DNA of 34,080 nucleotides from a virus (Duplodnaviria; Heunggongvirae; Uroviricota; Caudoviricetes): IMG/VR virus record IMGVR_UViG_648276671_000020, positions 1 to 34,080 of that record; one strand, 5' to 3'. Shown piece by piece: positions 26,342 to 34,080 of this stretch (position 1 is its first letter; each line of letters starts with the position of its first letter). The notes under the pieces were generated by a model. It saw only the letters and a program-made list of their open reading frames with translations, ran no database searches and was not told where the DNA came from. The position numbers and the translations under genes were made by a program.

Positions 26342-27532
26342 ATGAGTGACTATCATCACGGCGTGCAGGTGCTGGAGATTAACGACGGCACCCGCGTCAT
26401 TTCCACCGTATCCACGGCCATTGTCGGCATGGTCTGCACGGCCAGCGATGCGGATGCGGAAACCTTCCCCCTCAATAAACCGGTGCTGATTACCAATGTG
26501 CAGAGCGCGATTGCAAAGGCCGGTAAAAAAGGCACGCTGGCGGCATCGTTGCAGGCTATCGCCGACCAGTCAAAACCGGTCACCGTTGTCGTGCGTGTGG
26601 AAGACGGCACCGGCGACGACGAGGAAACGAAACTCGCGCAGACCGTTTCCAATATCATCGGCACCACCGACGAAAACGGTCAGTACACCGGACTGAAAGC
26701 CCTGCTGGCGGCGGAGTCGGTAACTGGTGTTAAACCGCGTATTCTCGGCGTGCCGGGACTGGATACCAAAGAGGTGGCTGTTGCACTGGCATCAGTCTGT
26801 CAGAAGCTGCGCGCTTTCGGGTATATCAGCGCATGGGGCTGTAAAACTATTTCCGAGGTGAAAGCCTACCGCCAGAATTTCAGCCAGCGTGAGCTGATGG
26901 TCATCTGGCCGGATTTCCTCGCATGGGATACGGTCACCAGTACCACCGCCACCGCGTATGCCACCGCCCGTGCGCTGGGTCTGCGCGCTAAAATCGACCA
27001 GGAGCAGGGCTGGCATAAAACGCTGTCCAACGTCGGGGTAAACGGTGTTACCGGCATCAGCGCATCTGTCTTCTGGGATTTGCAGGAGTCCGGCACCGAT
27101 GCTGACCTGCTTAACGAGTCAGGCGTCACTACGCTGATTCGCCGCGACGGTTTCCTCTTCTGGGGTAACCGTACCTGCTCTGATGACCCGCTGTTCCTCT
27201 TTGAAAACTACACCCGCACCGCGCAGGTGCTGGCCGACACGATGGCTGAGGCGCACATGTGGGCGGTGGACAAGCCCATCACCGCAACGCTTATTCGCGA
27301 CATCGTTGACGGCATCAATGCCAAATTCCGTGAGCTGAAAACAAACGGCTATATCGTGGATGCGACCTGCTGGTTCAGCGAAGAATCCAACGATGCGGAA
27401 ACCCTCAAGGCCGGAAAACTGTATATCGACTACGACTATACACCGGTGCCTCCTCTCGAAAACCTGACCCTGCGCCAGCGTATTACCGATAAATACCTGG
27501 CAAATCTGGTCACTTCGGTTAACAGCAATTAA
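26342..27532 (+). CDS. FI: Contractile tail sheath protein
   Basis: 396 aa, the size and position of P2 FI. Confidence 0.9.
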   Translation: MSDYHHGVQVLEINDGTRVISTVSTAIVGMVCTASDADAETFPLNKPVLITNVQSAIAKAGKKGTLAASLQAIADQSKPVTVVVRVEDGTGDDEETKLAQTVSNIIGTTDENGQYTGLKALLAAESVTGVKPRILGVPGLDTKEVAVALASVCQKLRAFGYISAWGCKTISEVKAYRQNFSQRELMVIWPDFLAWDTVTSTTATAYATARALGLRAKIDQEQGWHKTLSNVGVNGVTGISASVFWDLQESGTDADLLNESGVTTLIRRDGFLFWGNRTCSDDPLFLFENYTRTAQVLADTMAEAHMWAVDKPITATLIRDIVDGINAKFRELKTNGYIVDATCWFSEESNDAETLKAGKLYIDYDYTPVPPLENLTLRQRITDKYLANLVTSVNSN

Positions 27533-27544
27533 GGAGCCTGACCG

Positions 27545-28063
27545 ATGGCAATGCCGCGCAAACTCAAGTTAATGAACGTCTTTCTGAACGGCTACAGCTA
27601 TCAGGGCGTTGCAAAGTCCGTCACGCTGCCAAAACTGACCCGTAAGCTCGAAAACTATCGCGGTGCGGGGATGAACGGCAGCGCACCGGTAGACCTCGGC
27701 CTTGATGACGATGCGCTGTCAATGGAGTGGTCTCTCGGGGGCTTCCCGGATTCGGTTATCTGGGAGCTTTACGCCGCAACCGGCGTGGATGCCGTCCCGA
27801 TTCGTTTTGCAGGCTCTTACCAGCGTGACGATACCGGCGAAACGGTGGCCGTCGAGGTGGTCATGCGTGGACGTCAGAAAGAAATCGACACTGGCGAGGG
27901 TAAACAGGGAGAAGACACCGAGTCGAAAATCTCCGTGGTCTGCACCTATTTCCGGCTGACGATGGACGGTAAGGAGCTGGTCGAAATCGACACCATCAAC
28001 ATGATTGAGAAGGTGAACGGCGTCGACCGGCTGGAGCAACACCGCCGCAATATCGGCCTGTGA
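27545..28063 (+). CDS. FII: Tail tube protein
   Basis: 172 aa, the size and position of P2 FII. Confidence 0.9.
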   Translation: MAMPRKLKLMNVFLNGYSYQGVAKSVTLPKLTRKLENYRGAGMNGSAPVDLGLDDDALSMEWSLGGFPDSVIWELYAATGVDAVPIRFAGSYQRDDTGETVAVEVVMRGRQKEIDTGEGKQGEDTESKISVVCTYFRLTMDGKELVEIDTINMIEKVNGVDRLEQHRRNIGL

Positions 28064-28119
28064 TTTTCATCCGGTCAGCCTGGCTGACCGGTTAACCCCG
28101 ATTCAGAAGTGAGAAAACC

Positions 28120-28395
28120 ATGAACAAAGAAAACGTCATTACCCTGGACAATCCGGTCAAACGTGGTGAGCAGGTTATCGAACAGGTCACGCTGATGAAA
28201 CCCAGTGCGGGGACGCTGCGCGGTGTCAGTCTGGCTGCGGTCGCAAACTCAGAAGTCGATGCACTGATTAAGGTGCTGCCGCGCATGACGGCACCGATGC
28301 TGACCGAGCAGGAAGTCGCCGCGCTGGAACTGCCTGACCTTGTGGCGCTGGCCGGTAAGGTGGTCGGTTTTTTGTCGCCGAACTCGGTGCGGTAA
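28120..28395 (+). CDS. E: Tail assembly chaperone E
   Basis: 91 aa, contains a T6G slippery run near its 3' end. Confidence 0.8.
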   Translation: MNKENVITLDNPVKRGEQVIEQVTLMKPSAGTLRGVSLAAVANSEVDALIKVLPRMTAPMLTEQEVAALELPDLVALAGKVVGFLSPNSVR

Positions 28396-28547
28396 CGTTC
28401 CCGAAAAATCTGTCGGTCGATGACCTGATGGCGGATGTGGCAGTGATATTTCACTGGCCGCCATCAGAACTGTATCCCATGAGCCTGACCGAACTCATCA
28501 CATGGCGCGAAAAGGCGCTCCGGCGAAGCGGAAACACGAATGAGTAA
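28120..28547 (+). CDS. E': E+E' tail chaperone produced by programmed -1 frameshift
   Basis: Slippery TTTTTTG at about 28368..28374. The -1 frame is open from there to TAA at 28545..28547 (I translated it by hand, no stops), giving 142 aa and overlapping the T start. Confidence 0.65.
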
Positions 28548-30987
28548 CAATGTAAAATTACAGGTATTGCTCAGGGCTGTTGACCAGGCATCCCGCCCGT
28601 TTAAATCCATCCGCACAGCGAGCAAGTCGCTGTCGGGGGATATCCGGGAAACACAAAAATCACTGCGCGAGCTGAACGGTCAGGCATCCCGTATTGAGGG
28701 ATTTCGCAAGACCAGTGCACAGCTCGCCGTGACTGGTCATGCACTTGAAAAGGCTCGGCAGGAAGCCGAAGCCCTTGCCACACAGTTTAAAAACACCGAA
28801 CGTCCGACCCGTGCTCAGGCGAAAGTGCTGGAATCCGCAAAGCGTGCGGCGGAGGACTTACAGGCGAAATATAACCGCCTGACGGATTCCGTTAAACGCC
28901 AGCAGCGGGAACTGGCCGCTGTGGGAATTAATACCCGCAATCTTGCACATGATGAGCAGGGGCTGAAAAACCGTATCAGTGAAACCACCGCACAGCTTAA
29001 CCGGCAGCGTGACGCGCTGGCGCGTGTCAGTGCGCAACAGGCAAAACTTAACGCAGTAAAACAGCGTTATCAGGCAGGAAAGGAGCTGGCCGGAAATATG
29101 GCCTCAGTGGGCGCTGCCGGTGTGGGGATTGCTGCTGCGGGAACGATGGCCGGAGTTAAGTTGCTGATGCCCGGTTATGAGTTTGCGCAGAAAAACTCAG
29201 AATTACAGGCTGTGCTCGGAGTGGCAAAAGACTCCACCGAAATGGCCGCACTACGCAAACAGGCGCGCCAGCTCGGCGACAATACCGCCGCCTCGGCGGA
29301 TGATGCGGCCGGTGCACAGATTATCATTGCGAAAGCCGGTGGGGATGTTGATGCCATTCAGGCGGCAACGCCGGTCACGCTGAACATGGCGCTGGCGAAC
29401 CGCCGCACGATGGAAGAAAACGCCGCCCTGCTGATGGGGATGAAATCCGCCTTTCAGCTTTCAAACGATAAGGTCGCTCATATCGGGGATGTTCTCTCCA
29501 TGACGATGAACAAAACCGCCGCCGATTTTGACGGCATGAGCGATGCGCTGACCTATGCCGCACCTGTGGCAAAAAATGCCGGTGTCAGCATTGAAGAAAC
29601 CGCCGCAATGGTCGGGGCACTGCATGATGCAAAAATTACCGGTTCAATGGCGGGGACGGGAAGCCGTGCCGTGTTAAGCCGCCTGCAGGCACCGACGGGA
29701 AAAGCATGGGATGCACTGAAAGAGCTTGGTGTGAAAACCTCAGACAGTAAGGGAAACACCCGACCAGTATTTACCATTCTGAAAGAAATGCAGGCCAGTT
29801 TTGAGAAAAACCGGCTCGGTACTGCCCAGCAGGCTGAATACATGAAAACCATTTTCGGGGAGGAGGCCAGCTCAGCCGCCGCCGTGCTGATGACTGCCGC
29901 CTCAACCGGAAAGCTGGACAAACTGACCGCTGCGTTTAAAGCCTCAGACGGGAAGACCGCCGAGCTGGTAAATATCATGCAGGACAACCTCGGCGGCGAC
30001 TTTAAGGAGTTTCAGTCCGCTTATGAGGCGGTGGGGACTGACCTGTTTGACCAGCAGGAAGGCGCACTGCGTAAGCTCACGCAGACGGTCACAAAGTATG
30101 TGTTAAAACTCGACGGCTGGATCCAGAAAAACAAATCACTGGCGTCAACCATCGGCATCATTGCCGGTGGCGCGCTGGCGCTTATTGGCATCATCGGTGC
30201 AATTGGTCTTGTAGCCTGGCCGGTTATCACCGGCATCAATGCCATCATCGCGGCAGCAGGCGCAATGGGTGCAATCTTCACGACGGTTGGTAGTGCCGTT
30301 ATGACGGCCATCGGGGCGATTAGCTGGCCGGTTGTGGCCGTGGTGGCTGCCATTGTCGCCGGGGCGTTGCTTATCCGTAAATACTGGGAGCCTGTCAGCG
30401 CATTCTTTGGCGGTGTGGTTGAAGGGCTGAAAGCGGCATTTGCGCCGGTGGGGGAACTGTTCACGCCACTGAAGCCGGTGTTTGACTGGCTGGGCGAAAA
30501 GTTACAGGCCGCGTGGCAGTGGTTTAAAAACCTGATTGCCCCGGTCAAAGCCACCCAGGACACCCTGAACCGTTGCCGTGATACTGGCGTCATGTTCGGG
30601 CAGGCACTGGCTGACGCGCTGATGCTGCCGCTTAATGCGTTCAACAAATTACGCAGCGGCATTGACTGGGTACTGGAAAAACTCGGTGTTATCAACAAAG
30701 AGTCAGACACACTTGACCAGACCGCCGCCAGAACTCAAGCCGCCACGTATGGCAGCGGTGGTTATATTCCGGCGACCAGCTCTTATGCAGGCTATCAGGC
30801 TTATCAGCCGGTTACGGCACCGGCTGGCCGCTCTTATGTAGACCAGAGTAAAAACGAATATCACATTAACCTGACGGGTGGTTCTGCGCCGGGAACACAG
30901 CTTGACCGCCAGTTACAGGATGCGCTCGAAAAATACGAGCGGGATAAACGTGCGCGCGCCCGTGCCAGCATGATGCATGACGGTTAA
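28540..30987 (+). CDS. T: Tail tape measure protein
   Basis: 815 aa. Coiled-coil N-terminal part and a Gly/Ala-rich hydrophobic segment; size and position of P2 gpT. Confidence 0.9.
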   Translation: MSNNVKLQVLLRAVDQASRPFKSIRTASKSLSGDIRETQKSLRELNGQASRIEGFRKTSAQLAVTGHALEKARQEAEALATQFKNTERPTRAQAKVLESAKRAAEDLQAKYNRLTDSVKRQQRELAAVGINTRNLAHDEQGLKNRISETTAQLNRQRDALARVSAQQAKLNAVKQRYQAGKELAGNMASVGAAGVGIAAAGTMAGVKLLMPGYEFAQKNSELQAVLGVAKDSTEMAALRKQARQLGDNTAASADDAAGAQIIIAKAGGDVDAIQAATPVTLNMALANRRTMEENAALLMGMKSAFQLSNDKVAHIGDVLSMTMNKTAADFDGMSDALTYAAPVAKNAGVSIEETAAMVGALHDAKITGSMAGTGSRAVLSRLQAPTGKAWDALKELGVKTSDSKGNTRPVFTILKEMQASFEKNRLGTAQQAEYMKTIFGEEASSAAAVLMTAASTGKLDKLTAAFKASDGKTAELVNIMQDNLGGDFKEFQSAYEAVGTDLFDQQEGALRKLTQTVTKYVLKLDGWIQKNKSLASTIGIIAGGALALIGIIGAIGLVAWPVITGINAIIAAAGAMGAIFTTVGSAVMTAIGAISWPVVAVVAAIVAGALLIRKYWEPVSAFFGGVVEGLKAAFAPVGELFTPLKPVFDWLGEKLQAAWQWFKNLIAPVKATQDTLNRCRDTGVMFGQALADALMLPLNAFNKLRSGIDWVLEKLGVINKESDTLDQTAARTQAATYGSGGYIPATSSYAGYQAYQPVTAPAGRSYVDQSKNEYHINLTGGSAPGTQLDRQLQDALEKYERDKRARARASMMHDG

Positions 30988-31001
30988 GGAGGTGACGAAA
31001 A

Positions 31002-31481
31002 ATGATGCTCGCGTTAGGTATGTTTGTTTTTATGCGCCAGACGCTGCCACACCAGACCATGCAGCGTGAATCAGATTATCGCTGGCCGTCAAATTCCCGT
31101 ATCGGTAAACGGGATGCCTTTCAGTTTCTCGGTGTTGGCGAGGAAAACATCACGCTTGCCGGTGTGCTTTATCCCGAGCTGACCGGCGGAAAGCTGACGA
31201 TGACCACGCTCAGGCTGATGGCAGAGGAAGGTCGGGCGTGGCCGTTGCTGGATGGCACCGGCATGATTTACGGCATGTATGTCATCAGCAAGGTGAGTGA
31301 AACAGGGAGTATTTTCTTTGCAGACGGCACACCACGGAAAATTGATTTTACGCTGTCGCTCACCCGCGTTGATGAGTCACTGGCCGCGCTTTATGGCGAT
31401 ATCGGTAAACAGGCGGAATCGCTCATCGGTAAGGCTGGCAGTATGGCGACTAAATTCACGGGTATGACGGGGGCGGGATAA
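31002..31481 (+). CDS. U: Tail protein U
   Basis: 159 aa, AAGGAGG RBS, position after T. Confidence 0.85.
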   Translation: MMLALGMFVFMRQTLPHQTMQRESDYRWPSNSRIGKRDAFQFLGVGEENITLAGVLYPELTGGKLTMTTLRLMAEEGRAWPLLDGTGMIYGMYVISKVSETGSIFFADGTPRKIDFTLSLTRVDESLAALYGDIGKQAESLIGKAGSMATKFTGMTGAG

Positions 31482-32644
31482 TGCTGGATGCGCTGACATT
31501 TGATGCAGGCAGTACGCTGACGCCGGATTACATGCTGATGCTCGACAGCAGGGATATTACCGGCAATATCAGCGACCGTCTGATGAGCATGACCCTGACG
31601 GATAACCGGGGCTTTGAGGCTGACCAGCTTGATATTGAACTGAACGATGCCGACGGGCAGGTCGGGCTACCGATTCGTGGCGCTGTCCTGACGGTGTATA
31701 TCGGCTGGAAAGGTTTTGCCCTGGTATGCAAAGGGAAATTTACCGTTGATGAGGTTGAACACCGGGGCGCGCCGGATGTGGTTACCATCCGCGCCCGGAG
31801 TGCAGATTTTCGCGGGACGCTCAATTCCCGCCGTGAAGGCTCCTGGCATGACACCACGCTCGGTGCGATTGTTGAGGCGATAGCCTCCCGTAACAAGCTG
31901 GAAGCCAGTATCGCTCCGTCACTGGCCGGAATTAAAATCCCGCACATCGACCAGTCGCAGGAGTCCGATGCGAAATTCCTGACCCGTCTTGCAGAACGCA
32001 ACGGCGGTGAGGTGTCGGTAAAAATGGGAAAACTGCTGTTTCTCAAAGCGGGGCAGGGGGTGACGGCCAGCGGTAAAAAAATCCCGCAGATTACCATCAC
32101 CCGCAGCGATGGCGACCGTCACCATTTTGCGATTGCTGACCGTGGAGCCTACACCGGTGTAACGGCAAAGTGGTTACACACCAAAGACCCGAAGCCTCAA
32201 AAGCAGAAGGTAAAACTGAAACGCAAAAAGAAAGAGAAACACCTGCGCGCACTGGAGCACCCGAAAGCAAAACCGGTCAGGCAGAAGAAAGCGCCAAAAG
32301 TACCGGAAGCGCGCGAAGGTGAATACATGGCCGGTGAGGCTGACAACGTTTTTGCCCTGACCACGGTATATGCCACGAAAGCGCAGGCCATGCGCGCCGC
32401 TCAGGCGAAGTGGGACAAACTGCAACGGGGCGTCGCGGAGTTCTCCATCAGTCTGGCTACCGGTCGGGCAGATATTTACACGGAAACGCCGGTCAAAGTG
32501 TCAGGCTTTAAGCGCGTCATAGACGAGCAGGACTGGACAATCACTAAGGTGACACATTTTCTGAATAATAGCGGCTTCACGACGTCCCTGGAGCTTGAGG
32601 TCAGGCTTTCTGATGTGGAGTACGAAACAGAAGATGATGAGTGA
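31481..32644 (+). CDS. D: Tail protein D (late control gene D)
   Basis: 387 aa, ATG overlaps the U stop; size and position of P2 gpD. Confidence 0.85.
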   Translation: MLDALTFDAGSTLTPDYMLMLDSRDITGNISDRLMSMTLTDNRGFEADQLDIELNDADGQVGLPIRGAVLTVYIGWKGFALVCKGKFTVDEVEHRGAPDVVTIRARSADFRGTLNSRREGSWHDTTLGAIVEAIASRNKLEASIAPSLAGIKIPHIDQSQESDAKFLTRLAERNGGEVSVKMGKLLFLKAGQGVTASGKKIPQITITRSDGDRHHFAIADRGAYTGVTAKWLHTKDPKPQKQKVKLKRKKKEKHLRALEHPKAKPVRQKKAPKVPEAREGEYMAGEADNVFALTTVYATKAQAMRAAQAKWDKLQRGVAEFSISLATGRADIYTETPVKVSGFKRVIDEQDWTITKVTHFLNNSGFTTSLELEVRLSDVEYETEDDE

Positions 32645-32725
32645 TGTTTTTGTTTTATCTGTTTGTTTTATAAGGGTAAATTAACTAAAATGGCACCATC
32701 GACAAAACCGGAAGAGGTGCTCGCG

Positions 32726-32944
32726 ATGTTTCATTGTCCTTTATGCCAGCATGCCGCACATGCGCGTACAAGCCGCTATATCACTGACACGACAAAAGAG
32801 CGTTATCACCAGTGTCAGAACGTGAATTGCAGCGCCACGTTCATCACCTATGAGTCGGTACAGAGATACATCGTGAAGCCGGGAGAAGTCCACGCCGTAA
32901 GGCCGCACCCGTTGCCGTCAGGACAGCAAATTATGTGGATGTGA
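32726..32944 (+). CDS. ogr: Ogr late-gene transcription activator (Cys4 zinc finger)
   Basis: Track ORF 32663..32944 starts at TTG. ATG at 32726 gives the 72-aa protein MFHCPLCQHAAHARTSRYITDTTKERYHQCQNVNCSATF..., as I recall for P2 Ogr. Confidence 0.85.
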   Translation: MFHCPLCQHAAHARTSRYITDTTKERYHQCQNVNCSATFITYESVQRYIVKPGEVHAVRPHPLPSGQQIMWM

Positions 32945-32953
32945 TCACAAAAA

Positions 32954-32981
32954 TAGCCCCTCAGTTGAGGGGCTATTTTTG
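32954..32981 (+). terminator. Intrinsic terminator after ogr
   Basis: Hairpin TAGCCCCTC-AGTT-GAGGGGCTA followed by TTTTT. Confidence 0.6.
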
Positions 32982-33070
32982 GTCGATGTGGACGCTATGT
33001 GGACAGCGGTTGACATAAATCCATTTATATCATCAGGTTAGGTGCTTTTTTGTGACACCATCCCTGTCTT

Positions 33071-33096
33071 CCCCCACATGATGTGGGGGTTTTTTT
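33071..33096 (+). terminator. Hairpin plus T-run at the prophage/host junction (host terminator and/or att core)
   Basis: CCCCCACAT-GATGTGGGGG followed by TTTTTTT, between ogr and fieF. Confidence 0.4.
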
Positions 33097-33177
33097 ATCC
33101 TCAATTTGCCTGGTGCTTAATGCATTGCAGATGATTTGCTTCCGTTATACTACCGTCAGTTGATAGCGGGAGTATTT

Positions 33178-34080
33178 ATGAATCAATCTTATGGACGGCT
33201 GGTCAGTCGGGCGGCGATTGCTGCAACGGCGATGGCTTCACTGCTATTGCTGATTAAAATTTTTGCATGGTGGTATACCGGGTCGGTGAGTATTCTCGCC
33301 GCGCTGGTGGATTCGCTGGTGGATATCGGCGCGTCGTTGACGAATTTACTGGTGGTGCGATATTCCCTGCAACCTGCCGACGATAATCACTCGTTTGGTC
33401 ACGGTAAAGCTGAGTCCCTCGCGGCGCTGGCGCAAAGTATGTTTATCTCCGGTTCGGCACTATTCCTGTTTTTGACGGGTATTCAACATCTGGTATCTCC
33501 AACACCGATGACAGATCCAGGCGTCGGGGTTATCGTGACAATTGTGGCGCTAATTTGTACGATTATCCTTGTCTCGTTTCAGCGGTGGGTGGTGCGCCGG
33601 ACGCAAAGCCAGGCGGTGCGGGCTGATATGCTACATTACCAGTCTGATGTTATGATGAACGGCGCAATTCTGCTGGCGCTGGGGTTGTCCTGGTACGGCT
33701 GGCATCGCGCCGATGCTCTGTTTGCATTGGGAATCGGCATCTATATTTTATATAGCGCGTTACGCATGGGATATGAGGCGGTACAGTCATTACTGGATCG
33801 CGCATTACCTGATGAGGAACGGCAAGAAATTATTGATATCGTGACTTCCTGGCCGGGTGTTAGCGGCGCTCACGATCTTCGCACGCGGCAGTCAGGGCCG
33901 ACCCGCTTTATTCAGATTCATTTGGAAATGGAAGACTCTCTGCCTTTGGTTCAGGCACATATGGTGGCGGATCAGGTAGAGCAGGCTATTTTACGGCGTT
34001 TTCCGGGATCGGATGTGATTATCCATCAGGACCCCTGTTCCGTCGTACCCAGGGAGGGTAAACGGTCTATGCTTTCATAA
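33178..34080 (+). CDS. fieF: Host cation-efflux pump FieF (cation diffusion facilitator family)
   Basis: Track ORF 33136..34080. ATG at 33178 gives [38 protein letters not shown]..., 300 aa, which I recognise as E. coli FieF/YiiP. Stop codon is the last 3 nt of the window. Confidence 0.85.
   Translation: MNQSYGRLVSRAAIAATAMASLLLLIKIFAWWYTGSVSILAALVDSLVDIGASLTNLLVVRYSLQPADDNHSFGHGKAESLAALAQSMFISGSALFLFLTGIQHLVSPTPMTDPGVGVIVTIVALICTIILVSFQRWVVRRTQSQAVRADMLHYQSDVMMNGAILLALGLSWYGWHRADALFALGIGIYILYSALRMGYEAVQSLLDRALPDEERQEIIDIVTSWPGVSGAHDLRTRQSGPTRFIQIHLEMEDSLPLVQAHMVADQVEQAILRRFPGSDVIIHQDPCSVVPREGKRSMLS

Noticed and set aside
32985-33135. Looked for a tRNA gene at the attR junction
   Set aside because: No cloverleaf-compatible sequence or recognisable tRNA 3' end seen by eye; the junction appears to involve a terminator hairpin instead. 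Cannot be excluded without a tRNA scan.

Overview
This window is a nearly complete P2-like (Peduovirus-type) prophage of about 33 kb in an enterobacterial, E. coli-like chromosome. It runs from the integrase stop codon at position 1 to ogr (ends 32944), followed by an attR-side junction and the host cation-efflux gene fieF (33178..34080). Gene order is colinear with P2: int, C, cox, small early ORFs, B, A | cargo island 1 | cos | Q, P (minus strand) | O N M L X Y K lysA lysB lysC R S V W J I H G | cargo island 2 | FI FII E/E' T U D ogr. All calls rest on reading the ORF-track proteins against remembered P2 and lambda proteins, gene sizes and synteny; no database search was run. Two AT-rich cargo islands sit at the two classical P2 accessory loci (the old/tin position between A and cos, and the Z/fun position between G and FI). 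Neither carries the P2 genes; these are the best candidates for an undescribed system. Island 1 has an ImmA/IrrE-type HEXXH peptidase gene separated by a perfect palindrome from a 2-TM protein gene, plus a small strongly-RBS'd hydrophobic peptide ORF flanked by 14-bp direct repeats. Island 2 has a 3-TM 511-aa protein and a convergent 250-aa protein with a GIY-YIG-like motif. The baseplate spike gene V is split by a 1-nt frameshift. Hand-counted coordinates of small non-ORF elements may be off by 1-2 bp.
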